Of a stretch of 64,000 bases of DNA, positions 10,301 to 19,777 are shown piece by piece; position 1 is the stretch's first letter, and each line of letters starts with the position of its first letter. The notes beneath the pieces were generated by a model. The model saw only the letters and a program-made list of their open reading frames with translations. It was not told where the DNA came from and did not search any database. This stretch comes from Sedimentisphaerales bacterium. Its GTDB lineage: Bacteria; Planctomycetota; Phycisphaerae; Sedimentisphaerales; SM23-30. The position numbers and the translations under genes are program-made. The stretch is taken from positions 64,001-128,000 of the forward strand of contig CAXXFK010000018.1 of the NCBI GenBank assembly GCA_963663965.2. The letters run 5' to 3'.

Positions 10301-12696
10301 TTGCCCCGAAAACGTAATGCTTCAGGCTGAGTACCCGCAGCGACGATATACTCGATGGACATCTGTTCTGCCGTAAGATTCAGGTATTCCAGATCGATTT
10401 CGATGTCTTCCAAAGCCATCGTTGCACCGGTCAGGGTCTGGCCTGCGGATGTTAACTCCAGGTATTGGCTGCCGGTCATGGTAATCGCATTAAATCCAAA
10501 TTCATCCGGCAGTTTAATGTCGCCCTGCAACAATAATTTCCTGGTCCCGTTTTCCGCGGTCAATTTCATGCTTCGGTAGCGCAGGTCAAGGCCTGCCAGG
10601 GATATCTCCGCGCTGACGGTACTGTCATTATCGTCCAGTACATAGGTTTCATCTTTGTTCAGCAAAATCTCAAAGCTGCCATTGAACACACCCTGACTGC
10701 TTCCTGTGGCAGTGGTTGTTACCGTACCGGTTGCGCTGAGTTTTTCCGCATCCAGAGCCAATTCTCCATTAACCGTTATCAGCGGGCTGAGTGTACCGCC
10801 GGTCAGACTGCTACCAGGGCCAATTGAAATAGTACCTGTATATTCAAAGCGTTGATCGGCGCTGTCCCAGGTAAAATCCGCAGGCGTTTTATCAGTTTCC
10901 AGCAGGGTTAAGGTTGGAAACGAATCAAAGTTTGTTGTGGTAGCGACATTGGCTATACCCCGATCATTCTCGAAGGTTCCGGCGGGAATATTGACGGTTA
11001 CCGGTCCGCCGGAAAATTCGCCGGTCAGCATATAGCGATAAATGGAATTCGCAGCATCAATCAGCGTGGGTTTGCCTTTAACTGATACACTCTGGGCGCC
11101 TTCCCCGGACAATACCAGCTCATCCCCGGTTACACTGCTTTTGGCCGCGCCGTTCAATGCCAGATCAAGATAGCCCTTTTCGTTGATCTCGTCGGTATAG
11201 ACATAGCCGACTTCATCGTAATTGTCGGCCAGTGATCCGGAAGGCGCCGAGACATTATCCATGCGAACGATCCGGGATTTGTAGATATAGCTGCTGGTAT
11301 AACCCATGATGACATCGCCATCAGGCTCAACCGCCATATAATTGGGACTCATGGTCACCGTTCCCCAACCACTGTGTTCAACATTCAGATCGGGCACATA
11401 GGTACTGAATTTTAAGGAGCCGCTGGAATCGAACCGTGCGATAAAATGTTGATCGTAACCATTAAACTCTGTATATAACGGATCTACCAGCGTCAAATCA
11501 CTTGAGCTGGTTCGTCCCAATACGGTTACATTGCCATCATTATCAACCCCCACTTCAAAGGGATAGCCCATTTCATCGCTGCTGCCGCCAAAGGTCTGGG
11601 CCCAGATTTTGTTGCCGGCGGTGTCATATTTTGCCAGATACAAATCGGAGTTCAACATCCCGGTCAGATAAATAAAGCCATCCCGTCCGAACGTGTAACT
11701 ATCGCCGGGAATGTCTTTGCTGCCCACCGGAGTGATGCCGTCGGTGGTCAGGCGATAGACGATTTCATCGTTATTAAAGATGGTCAACTCATCGGTGGCG
11801 TTCATCTGAAGCAATTCGACGTCAAAGGGATTGAAGTCGCTCCAGTAATAATCGAATACGGTCGCTTCGCTGGGTGTTCCCGTATCGGTATCGATCGAAA
11901 AGGTCGCGTTATACCGTTCGATTTTACGGTAGCCATCGGATACTTTTTTGACGGCCGCGGTATCGTTAAACCAGACGGTGTTATTGTTGAGGTACGAAAA
12001 GGAAGGATCATTGCCGGGCGCGACTGTCAGGGCAAAAGTAATGCTGCCGGAGGAGTCTTCATGCAGGATCGTTTCACCGGCGGGGGTCTGCCATTCGTAG
12101 GCGGTCGGATTGCTTTGGACCTGGATCTTAACCAAAGCGATATATTCTGTCCGGACACCAAAACCATAAGGGTTCTGGTTGATCGTATCGTAACAGGCGG
12201 TATCCTGAATTCGATATTGCACGCCGGAGGTTGTCGCGCTGTCATAGCCGGAGTTATCTGAGATATCCCAGTCAAAAGACCAGTCAAGATATCCATCACT
12301 GCTGAACAGGGAATAAGTGCTGGGACGAATACTACCATCGGATTCGAGTATTAGGTCGCCGGCATTGCTTTGGAAATTGATCCAGTCCGCTTTTATTTTG
12401 TTTAAATCGACATTGGCAATAAAGGATTCGTAGGAACCCGGCTGGTCGCCGTGTAACGCGAAGGTCCCATAATCGCTGCTATATATACTACAGTTGCCGC
12501 TGATAATCAAATCACCTTGCTCATTTATTTCGGCGCCAAAAATATTGCTCAGATTCAGTTCTCCCGGGTCGATATATCCCAGTAATTCGAAACCGGACGG
12601 TAAATCGCTGCTTAAAAGTATTCTGTTTTCCAACGCTTCTAAATTTAAACGCGACTTACCCAATGAACGACTTGAACTCAGATGTTTGTTTGTCAT
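7321..12696 (-). CDS. Large extracellular protein with LEPR-XLL (planctomycete extracellular) motif, SBBP-like repeats and C-terminal Gly/Ser/Ile-rich beta repeats
   Basis: 'LEALENRILLS' near the N-terminus; 'LAKYDTAGNKIWAQTFGG'; repeated 'GDIGSV/GNIGKV' units; start placed at MTNKH with GAGG RBS. Confidence 0.75.
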   Translation of the reverse strand: MTNKHLSSSRSLGKSRLNLEALENRILLSSDLPSGFELLGYIDPGELNLSNIFGAEINEQGDLIISGNCSIYSSDYGTFALHGDQPGSYESFIANVDLNKIKADWINFQSNAGDLILESDGSIRPSTYSLFSSDGYLDWSFDWDISDNSGYDSATTSGVQYRIQDTACYDTINQNPYGFGVRTEYIALVKIQVQSNPTAYEWQTPAGETILHEDSSGSITFALTVAPGNDPSFSYLNNNTVWFNDTAAVKKVSDGYRKIERYNATFSIDTDTGTPSEATVFDYYWSDFNPFDVELLQMNATDELTIFNNDEIVYRLTTDGITPVGSKDIPGDSYTFGRDGFIYLTGMLNSDLYLAKYDTAGNKIWAQTFGGSSDEMGYPFEVGVDNDGNVTVLGRTSSSDLTLVDPLYTEFNGYDQHFIARFDSSGSLKFSTYVPDLNVEHSGWGTVTMSPNYMAVEPDGDVIMGYTSSYIYKSRIVRMDNVSAPSGSLADNYDEVGYVYTDEINEKGYLDLALNGAAKSSVTGDELVLSGEGAQSVSVKGKPTLIDAANSIYRYMLTGEFSGGPVTVNIPAGTFENDRGIANVATTTNFDSFPTLTLLETDKTPADFTWDSADQRFEYTGTISIGPGSSLTGGTLSPLITVNGELALDAEKLSATGTVTTTATGSSQGVFNGSFEILLNKDETYVLDDNDSTVSAEISLAGLDLRYRSMKLTAENGTRKLLLQGDIKLPDEFGFNAITMTGSQYLELTSAGQTLTGATMALEDIEIDLEYLNLTAEQMSIEYIVAAGTQPEALRFRGKVILPEVFNATADFTTDTFAGTDGYIEINANGEIKWYGKLSVEEIVIVEDRWVIKQASLEVRDVPGVGMSVQGDGIFTVPPGMDIICGLGFVNEELNYVRLGVDEIELPIGTTGAFLQSINGYVNNIADPDATKIQFGGGLGFTAGKKIELSLPDWAGGDLEGALAEFGVEGGFTFQELTGSGTVKVAGGLAEGAATATLNWEKNTLNAQCQLTALNNLLGINGAMKADSNMNISINGTGTVGIPTIIPIWGGKSLANGTTVLNFTNDDNYTNDYIAGWGSTSITAFGKVYSMTAGIRVNFDGSYSFLGGKTAARLQAGQTSPLLSDEVVNKKSIESDPIEDTAYTNSETFYATEGQEWLMINAQWDNAAAGEISLTDPNGVVYDLAAITNSDFIAVVPELSDDTTTTLFIESPTPGTWTLQVASDEPLEGLTFDGYQDTTLPQLTIDEISINPYSQSGAIAYSGDSDLTGCQITFYYDDDHSGADGILMGQADNTGQFDWDTSSVAAGAYYVYGLISDGNNIPTASYYDEPIEIEASQALTDILIGTGAAGRISYTDADNTLVTVSLKGDSGTLRFTGDDITATGTKNVVVTGTNLFLQSIVLDGTGIAALSIGAKGGSDNEATIGAITGGEIKSLSGKGVVLAGNLQTSGSLSTLSWGDLGDNITIETGQSGSGFSLKAGNIGDNVTFDIADSIKSFSANTYASGRVDCDSLGKFAIKSGLVEVDITADSGDIGSVGSSGDLLGSLTAAGEIKAVAVKAGALKASLTASGAIGKVSALTIEGATLNARSVGSIAGKGDILDLTLVTTGGDIKSIKAAGDIDLQASIAGSFGSLGTKGDLSGVIRAENMISGVSAGSMSAILSAGGNIGKVSLKGDMTDSWLMAGLDLGSDLVFSSDDAGSGGDIGSVAVSGVFASSYLLAGALPEVSLIANSALSAPWFAPTGAIGSVKFGQINYTNDEPFGLFAATAIKPFKVGNVLVESQEMLKVTIGG

Positions 12697-12755
12697 GGAT
12701 GCCTCTGCCGTGATTACTGAATCAATGAAACGACAATCGTTTCTATTTGTATCTA

Positions 12756-12783
12756 TCATCGGCAGTTCATACTGTTGTATTTA
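12756..12783 (-). promoter_or_regulatory. Sigma28-like promoter TAAA-N16-GCCGATGA
   Basis: Minus-strand match about 60 bp upstream of ATG 12696. Confidence 0.45.
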
Positions 12784-12934
12784 TGAAAAATCGGCTTTAC
12801 AATACTAATACGGGCCTTCCAATTCCCTTGTCGCAGTCAAATTATTCAATCTGCCATATCAAGCATTTGTTAGGTAGAATCTTTGCTTTTTGACATTGGA
12901 GCCGGATCAGCACTAAAAGGTTCGGATTTCATTC

Positions 12935-12972
12935 AAGAACCCGTCCGAAGGGTTTGCTTCGGACGGGTTCTT
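12935..12972. terminator. Intrinsic terminator / strong hairpin
   Basis: 16-bp perfect stem AAGAACCCGTCCGAAG / CTTCGGACGGGTTCTT downstream of the 13027 gene. Confidence 0.7.
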
Positions 12973-13026
12973 TATTATTACAAGATTTTATATAATTATA
13001 ATCAGATTAATAGTGCCTGACGGGAC

Positions 13027-14862
13027 TCAGAATTCCGATACCTGAGGCACGATCAATGATTCAAATGATCTGTCCAGTTGATTCAGTTGCTGGGTTCCAT
13101 CCAGGAGTTTTTTCTCGGTGATCTGGATTTGTAATCTGATATCCGTTTCGTATTGATCCGCGATTTCCAGCAGGTTACTTTCTCTAATCTGTACTAGCTG
13201 TTTCGCGATAAACTCCAGTCGTGCCGCGTTTTCCGCATTTGTAATCGTCATATCCGAGAGCATACTATTGAATTTTGCCAGTAACTCGCCGCCGGTATCC
13301 TTGCGGACCGATTCGATATGATTGGCCAGTTCAGCCTTGGCCTGGGCCAACCGGATGCGTGCGTCGCTCAGATCTTTTTTAGATATCGAAGGCTGGGGGG
13401 CGCTACCATATCCACTGTGTCCGCCCGGCATTCCCATTTCCATACCTCCGCCCAGCATGCCCCCAAAGCCACCGCCGCCCATACCCGCTCCCATAGGATT
13501 CATTCCACCACCCAATCCAGACATCCCCATACCCATTCCCCCACCGCCGGGCATCATGCCCATTCCGCCGGGCATTCTACCGGTGCGTAAGTTACGGAGT
13601 TCCTCCTGTTCCATAATATCCCGCGCAGTAGATATTACAATCACGCCTTCATCATCAATTTCATAGGTGATCGTCTCTTTTGACTGAGCAGTCAGGCCAG
13701 ACATGTAACGACAAAGCAATTCGATTATTTTCTTGATAGACGCTTTTTGTAAGTCTATTTTAACGAGACAATCCGATGTGATTCCGTAATTGTCGAGCAT
13801 GCTCCAGTTGACAAAAATATTGAGATTGCTCTCTTTGCCCCCGGCTTTTTTTAACATAATAATTACTTCTCCAAATTCGATATCGTTAACCGTAAACTGA
13901 ATTTCCTGTTCCAGGATTTTGAGGGTATTTTCCCTGGGTGATAATTCCCGAGTCGCTGTGGTACGGACTCTTGCCGACTGGGAAGGGAGGGTATCTTCAC
14001 CTATTGTCGTCGGTGTGGCCGGTATCGTGGGACGGGGAACTACCGGTAATGGGGGGGCCTGTCCGGTACTACGAGTTGAAGTCGCCGACGGTCGAGCAGG
14101 AGCGGTGGATGTTGTTTCTGATAATTCATTCAATGTTTCCAAGCCGGCCAGTTCTTCGGCGCGCATATTTACAATTTCCTGCAATTGTTCAACCACCGGA
14201 TCATTGGCAATTTTATTTTCTGTTATATTTTTAGTTTTGTCGATTTCTAACAATATTGCCTGCTGACGGGCCTCGTTACCGGTCTGGTCCATCAATAACT
14301 GACGTTGTTCTTTTTCAAGCGATTCAATTTCACGGAGAATATTATCACGGCTCAGATCGCTGCGCCCGGCTTTTTCGCGTAAATCCCTGACTTGAGCGTT
14401 GAGCATATGCAGAACCATTTCACTTTCTTTAATATTTTGGGTCAGACGATCGTATTTTTTTTCCAAATCTTGCCTTGTAATCGCATATTCAACCTTCACG
14501 ATTTTATCCAGCCAACGCACCACCTCATCGGCAATTTCATCCGCTTTGGCCGGGAGCGCTTTGTTGTGGATCCAGATTTGGAGAGTTAAGATGACATCAT
14601 CGTTACTGCTGGATGATACCGTGGAGCAATCCATTTGAAATACATCCTGGACGGAATCATTAAGATTCAGGAACTCCTTACCCAGCCGGTCTTTAAGAGA
14701 TGAATTAATCACATTGTTCAATATGTTTACATTCATCGGGCAGTGAGAGATTTTGATGGTACGGGCGGCGGTCCAGGATTCCACGGGTTTTTCCTGGGCC
14801 AATCCGGTTAAGCAGTACCTTGCGAAACACAGAACGACTAGTATAGAAATGATTTTTTTCAT
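13027..14862 (-). CDS. Secreted coiled-coil protein with STN-like inserted domain and Gly/Met-rich tract
   Basis: Signal peptide MKKIISILVV after AAAGGAG RBS; long heptad segments; 'IFVNWSML..YGI....VKIDL' segment; GGMGM repeats. Confidence 0.65.
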   Translation of the reverse strand: MKKIISILVVLCFARYCLTGLAQEKPVESWTAARTIKISHCPMNVNILNNVINSSLKDRLGKEFLNLNDSVQDVFQMDCSTVSSSSNDDVILTLQIWIHNKALPAKADEIADEVVRWLDKIVKVEYAITRQDLEKKYDRLTQNIKESEMVLHMLNAQVRDLREKAGRSDLSRDNILREIESLEKEQRQLLMDQTGNEARQQAILLEIDKTKNITENKIANDPVVEQLQEIVNMRAEELAGLETLNELSETTSTAPARPSATSTRSTGQAPPLPVVPRPTIPATPTTIGEDTLPSQSARVRTTATRELSPRENTLKILEQEIQFTVNDIEFGEVIIMLKKAGGKESNLNIFVNWSMLDNYGITSDCLVKIDLQKASIKKIIELLCRYMSGLTAQSKETITYEIDDEGVIVISTARDIMEQEELRNLRTGRMPGGMGMMPGGGGMGMGMSGLGGGMNPMGAGMGGGGFGGMLGGGMEMGMPGGHSGYGSAPQPSISKKDLSDARIRLAQAKAELANHIESVRKDTGGELLAKFNSMLSDMTITNAENAARLEFIAKQLVQIRESNLLEIADQYETDIRLQIQITEKKLLDGTQQLNQLDRSFESLIVPQVSEF

Positions 14863-14926
14863 GATAAGGCTCCTTTCAAAATTCATTTTTTCTAGCAGAC
14901 TATCTGGATAACCTGTATCGGGCAGG

Positions 14927-15577
14927 TTATATTTGTTTTTCTAACTTGATTTGTTCCAGCATTTTGCCGGCTTCCTGAGCCCCGTGGGTTTCGGGATAGT
15001 TCTGGATTACACGCTGATAATCCCTGGCGGCCTCGGTGGTCAGGCCCAGTTCGCGATATTTGTAATCGGCCTGGCGATACATGATCCAGGCCGTGCGCTG
15101 GTATTCGAGCCGGTTCTCGATCATGGGTTCCAACTGCTTATCCAATTGGCTATTAAGCCGGGCCAACTGGGCTTCCTGCTGGCGACTGGTCAGCATATCT
15201 TCGACGATTTGCATGCGATAATTAAGTTCATAGCGCAATTGCATTACTTCGGATTCGAGTTGTGCGATCCGTTGGCGGTTTTGAATCTCTTGCGATGGTT
15301 CCTGGGCCGAATCGATTTGCGGTTCATCTGGTATGGCCACATCAATGCTGGCAACTGCATCAATCGGTACAATGGCTTTGTTTTGCGGCTGGTTTGAAGA
15401 CCAGGCGATTGAGAGTCCGATTACAATGGCGATGCCTGCGGCGGCCAGTGACCAGCGGGTAACGCATTGGTGGTACATGGCCTGGCGGCGACAGCGGGCC
15501 GCCAGATTGTCGGTCAGTTGGGGTTGGGGAAGGCTGCTTTCGGCGTTTCGTAATAGATTTTCAAGTTGATCTGACAT
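14927..15577 (-). CDS. Putative membrane-anchored anti-sigma factor with coiled coil and TPR-like C-terminus
   Basis: Directly downstream of the ECF sigma; one TM 'WSLAAAGIAIVIGLSIAW'; 'YQRVIQNYPET' TPR-like end. Confidence 0.6.
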   Translation of the reverse strand: MSDQLENLLRNAESSLPQPQLTDNLAARCRRQAMYHQCVTRWSLAAAGIAIVIGLSIAWSSNQPQNKAIVPIDAVASIDVAIPDEPQIDSAQEPSQEIQNRQRIAQLESEVMQLRYELNYRMQIVEDMLTSRQQEAQLARLNSQLDKQLEPMIENRLEYQRTAWIMYRQADYKYRELGLTTEAARDYQRVIQNYPETHGAQEAGKMLEQIKLEKQI

Positions 15578-15586
15578 AAGTTTCCT

Positions 15587-16183
15587 TTAAATAGTGTCTT
15601 TTATACAGGCCCCCAGGTATTCCCGGAGCTTCTGGCGCGCGCGGTGCAATCTGACTTCCACGGTATTGGGTTCGATTTTCAAGATGCGGGCGATTTCTTT
15701 GATGTCGAGCTGTTCCAGATATTTAAATACGGTCACCTCACGGAGTTTGAGTGGTAATTTGCCCACGGCTTGCCGGACGAGGCGGCCGGTTTCCTGATCC
15801 ATCAGACTGGCGTCGCTGGGTTCGGCCAGAGGGGTATGGTCAAATTGTTTGAAAAGCTTCAGGTTCAATAATCGTTTGCGGTGCCAGCTGCGGCACTGGT
15901 TGACAGCGATGGTGGTGAGCCAGTTGGCCACGTTGCCGCGGGCGTTAAACTGGCTTTGTTTTTTCAAGGCGGTCAGGAAAGTATCCTGGACGATATCATC
16001 CACTTCAGAATTCCGCCAGCCGGTGAGGCGCCAGACCAGGCGGGTGATGCGTTCCTGATGAAGATGTACCAGCTCTTCATAGGCGCAGGTTTCCCCCTGA
16101 CCAAAACGGTGGGTCAGCTCACATACCGGCTTGACATTTTCAGTGGGCAGGCCAGCAATGGTATCGGACAAACAGCTTTCCAT
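15587..16183 (-). CDS. ECF RNA polymerase sigma-70 factor
   Basis: 'DDIVQDTFL', 'WLTTIAVNQC', region 4 'IKEIARIL....NTVEVRLHRAR'. Confidence 0.9.
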   Translation of the reverse strand: MESCLSDTIAGLPTENVKPVCELTHRFGQGETCAYEELVHLHQERITRLVWRLTGWRNSEVDDIVQDTFLTALKKQSQFNARGNVANWLTTIAVNQCRSWHRKRLLNLKLFKQFDHTPLAEPSDASLMDQETGRLVRQAVGKLPLKLREVTVFKYLEQLDIKEIARILKIEPNTVEVRLHRARQKLREYLGACIKDTI

Positions 16184-16770
16184 ATTCGCTATATATGATG
16201 TACGAGTGGGGAAAAACTTACAAAGAAAATCAGAATTGGGTTCGTTTCTACCAGCGAGGTGTATGGAGTAATTGGTTGGGTGGTATACCAATTCCGATGC
16301 CAATGCCTTAACGATGCCAGACCAACAATCAAGCCGCCGAAGCTGGATATTGGCAGATGAGGAGAGATTGGAGAGATGCGGGGAGGTAGCTTTCGGCGAA
16401 CATTGGGTTTGTTTGGCATGGTTTATAAGTATTTTATTTATAAATGGATGATTTTAGTTCTAATGGTTAGTTAAACTACACGTCGGGAATGCAACGGTCT
16501 TATGGGCTGCCCACATTGTATTGAATTGCTGTCAACAAAATAATAAACACTTTGTTTAATAGATTTCGGGGAGTGGCTGGATTAGGGGTTTCAATGGGGG
16601 GAGGATTGACTTATAATGAGCCGCTTGAGCGTTATACCCAACAGGTATGGGAAAGCCTGATCGATCGCAATCTAAGTAGTTAATATTAAAAGACTTATAT
16701 TATGGCCAGTCTGGCATTTTTAATCGTAAAGGGTATATGAATTGTAAGATCATGAAAGGAAATGAGTTAG

Positions 16771-18210
16771 ATGGCAAGTGATGTGCAGCAAGTTTCACCG
16801 GGGCCGGTGGGGCCGGAGTTACCTCCTGAGGGGATGGCTGGACCAGTTGATGGTCCGGTCTCGAGTGGTAATATGGATGACTTAACTACCCCAGAGGGAA
16901 TCCAGAGTACTATCAGCCGGATTACCGGCCTGGATGGCCAGCCGCCGGAACCCCAAACCCTGATGGAGCGTTACGTGCACTGGCTGGGTGAACTGGGCGG
17001 GGGGCAGCGGTTTTGTGTCTATCTGGCGGCGGCGGGTGGTATGCTGCTGCTGGCGTGGCTGGCGAATCTGATTACCCGAAAAGTGTTGCTGGCTATCATT
17101 AAGAAGCATGTCGCGCGCACCAAGGTTCACTGGGATGACATTCTGTTGCAGCAAAAGGTGTTTCACCGTATTTCGCACCTGGCCCCGGCGCTGTTGATTT
17201 ACTATCTGAACGATTATGTTTTTGCCGGGTTGGATACGGTTATCGGGGCGGTGGAAACCGCGTCGCTGGTCTATATGCTGCTGGTAGCCATTTTGACGCT
17301 GGACGCTTTGTTAAACGGGTTTATCGAAATTTATCGTGGATTCAGCTTTGCCCACGCCTTTCCCATCAAAAGTTTTGTTCAGGTTGTCAAAATCATCATC
17401 TACTTTATCTGCGGGATCGTTGTCCTGTCGATGTTGATCGATAAAGACCCAACCCGGCTATTCGCGGGGATGGGGGCGATGACGGCGGTATTGATGCTGA
17501 TTTTCAAGGATTCGATCCTGGGTTTTGTGTCGGGGATACAGCTGACCACGAATAAAATGGTGCGGTTGGGGGACTGGATCGAGATGCCCAGGTTTGGGGC
17601 TGATGGCGATGTAATCGATATCTCGCTGACGACGGTGAAGGTGCAGAACTGGGACAAGACGATTTCGACGATTCCCACCTACGCGCTGGTGAGCGATTCG
17701 TTCAAGAACTGGCGGGGGATGTCGGAATCGGCCGGGCGGCGGATCAAGCGTTCGGTCTGTATCGATATGAACAGTATCCGTTTTTGTGACGAAGGGATGC
17801 TGGAGCGGATGCGGCGGATTCAGTATATCGCCGATTATCTTGACGCGAAGAAAGCGGAACTGGCCGCGTGGAACAGCGAACGGAAGGTGGATGACTCGAC
17901 CCTGGTAAACGGGAGGCGTCTGACCAATATCGGGACGTTTCGGGCTTATGTTGAGGCCTATCTCAAGCATCATGAACTCATTAATCAGAACATGACATTT
18001 CTGGTGCGTCAATTGCAGCCGACCGAACATGGCCTGCCGCTGGAGATTTATGTCTTTTGCAGCGATAAGGTCTGGGCCCATTATGAGGCGGTGCAGGCGG
18101 ATATTTTCGATCATATGCTGGCAGTGTTGCCGGAATTTGATTTGCGGGTATTTCAGAATCCGACGGGTGCGGATTGGGGGCGTATGATTCAAGGGGGGGG
18201 AAATGGGTGA
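16771..18210 (+). CDS. Mechanosensitive channel, MscS family (YbdG-like)
   Basis: 'LIFKDSILGFVSGIQL', 'GDWIEMP..GADGDV', 'KVQNWDKTI', 'FKNWRGM..S.GRRIKRS'. Confidence 0.92.
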   Translation: MASDVQQVSPGPVGPELPPEGMAGPVDGPVSSGNMDDLTTPEGIQSTISRITGLDGQPPEPQTLMERYVHWLGELGGGQRFCVYLAAAGGMLLLAWLANLITRKVLLAIIKKHVARTKVHWDDILLQQKVFHRISHLAPALLIYYLNDYVFAGLDTVIGAVETASLVYMLLVAILTLDALLNGFIEIYRGFSFAHAFPIKSFVQVVKIIIYFICGIVVLSMLIDKDPTRLFAGMGAMTAVLMLIFKDSILGFVSGIQLTTNKMVRLGDWIEMPRFGADGDVIDISLTTVKVQNWDKTISTIPTYALVSDSFKNWRGMSESAGRRIKRSVCIDMNSIRFCDEGMLERMRRIQYIADYLDAKKAELAAWNSERKVDDSTLVNGRRLTNIGTFRAYVEAYLKHHELINQNMTFLVRQLQPTEHGLPLEIYVFCSDKVWAHYEAVQADIFDHMLAVLPEFDLRVFQNPTGADWGRMIQGGGNG

Positions 18211-18389
18211 AGTTTTTGTCAAAAACGCGGTTATAATCGGTATACCTTACCTGAATTACGGCCGGAAAAGTAAAGGAAAGTAGATATCCAGTCTTGAAAT
18301 ATCGCTTTGATTATGGTATAATAACCGTATTATTTTGTGTTAATGTGTAGTGTACAAAGTGATATTTAGCAAAACCGAAGGAGTTGAAA

Positions 18390-18989
18390 ATGCTGAAAAA
18401 ATGTCTATCGGTCTTATTGTTGATGGCGCCATTTGCGATGGGAAATGTGACCTTTCAGGATGATTTTGAAGGGGACCTTTCGCAATGGATCGGAAAAACA
18501 AATCAGGTCCATCATGGCGTGATTGCTGACGATCCGCTGAATTCGGGCAATAGTGTCTTGAAGTTCTCGCGCACGAATTCGAGTGGCGATATATTTTCGA
18601 CGCCCCTGTTGAGTTATCAAGATGGTCCTATTACCTTGTCGTTTGATTATCTGGGTATTTCGGATAATGGCGGCGCGGTGGCTGATTCGGGCGGCTTTGT
18701 GGGCTTTTCCTATGGCCTGGCGGGCACTCATTACTGGAAACTGGCCACCCAGGGCAGCTATTCGGGTGTGGAAGAGCATCTGATTGACGATGGCAAATGG
18801 CACAGCTATTCACTGGTTATCAATCCGACGCAGGATTTTCATATTATGATCGAAGATTTTGTCAATCCGGCCGGTGACGCTTATTTCGATAATATCAAGA
18901 TCACCAATGCCGCCGTACCGGCGCCGGGCGCGTTGATCCTGGGTTCGCTGGGGACAGGACTGGTTGGCTGGATCCGCCGCAAGAAATAA
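18390..18989 (+). CDS. Secreted protein with PEP-CTERM-like (VPAPGA) sorting signal
   Basis: Signal peptide; C-terminus VPAPGALILGSLGTGLVGWIRRKK. Confidence 0.8.
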   Translation: MLKKCLSVLLLMAPFAMGNVTFQDDFEGDLSQWIGKTNQVHHGVIADDPLNSGNSVLKFSRTNSSGDIFSTPLLSYQDGPITLSFDYLGISDNGGAVADSGGFVGFSYGLAGTHYWKLATQGSYSGVEEHLIDDGKWHSYSLVINPTQDFHIMIEDFVNPAGDAYFDNIKITNAAVPAPGALILGSLGTGLVGWIRRKK

Positions 18990-19015
18990 GTTTTGTTGTT
19001 AATATTAGAATCAAG

Positions 19016-19043
19016 AAAGCCGTCCTGAATGGGCGGTTTTTTT
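19016..19043 (+). terminator. Rho-independent terminator
   Basis: AAAGCCGTCC-TGAAT-GGGCGGTTT followed by T run. Confidence 0.75.
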
Positions 19044-19132
19044 ATGCGCGGGGATGATACTAATGTGTTGATATTGGTTGGGCGGGGGTATTCCAGGGTG
19101 GACAAGCCGCAACCCAAAGAAAAAATCGATCA

Positions 19133-19560
19133 CACAAAGCCACAAAGGCACAAAGATATATACAGCCATTTAGACAGGATTACAGGATCAACAGGATAAA
19201 AAGTTCGGGACCATTAAATTATCTGGTAAGATGAAGTCATTACTTTGCTTATAAAGCATAAGAACAAAAAGCTTGCTAAGAAAACAAAGAAATGAGGGAT
19301 TGTAGTACGGAAAGGGAAAATAAAATACATTTTCACCGTGTAGTAAGTGAAGGGAGTTAAGGAATGGCCGGAGAGATGAAAAAAAACAGCCTTTTTAGAC
19401 AGGATTACAGGATTTACAGGATTTAATGGGAATTCATATAAAATATAACAGCCTTTTGAACCGCAGATGGACGCAGATAGACGCAGATAAAAACCGATTT
19501 AAGTAATTATAATAAAATAACTTAGAACCACGTAAAAACGCGGAAAGCCACGGAAGAAAA
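19133..19560 (+). repeat. Cluster of five short triple tandem-repeat units
   Basis: (CACAAAG)x3; (ACAGGAT)x3 twice; (CGCAGAT)x3; degenerate (CACGGAA)x3; periods 8-10 bp. Confidence 0.75.
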
Positions 19561-19777
19561 CAGGTATAAAATAGTTTAATTAAAGAAGATATGATTTTGA
19601 TAATGAATAAATGCCAGAAATCGGGAAATAAAACTAATTTTACTAAAGAGAAAGTGGTGGAACGGCTGGAGAATGGTGGGAGGGGGAAATTGGTTGATCG
19701 GGGGGCGGGTTGAAGTACCATAATCGGGTTGTTGATTTTGAGGTGATGACGCATCGTGCAGACTGGGGGCCGAACGG

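Noticed and set aside
17458..18222. 254-aa minus-strand ORF (and similar ones at 27850-28884, 31680-32345)
   Set aside because: Antisense shadows of well-supported genes
19133..19560. Possible CRISPR array
   Set aside because: Units differ in sequence, spacer lengths are irregular, and no cas genes are present
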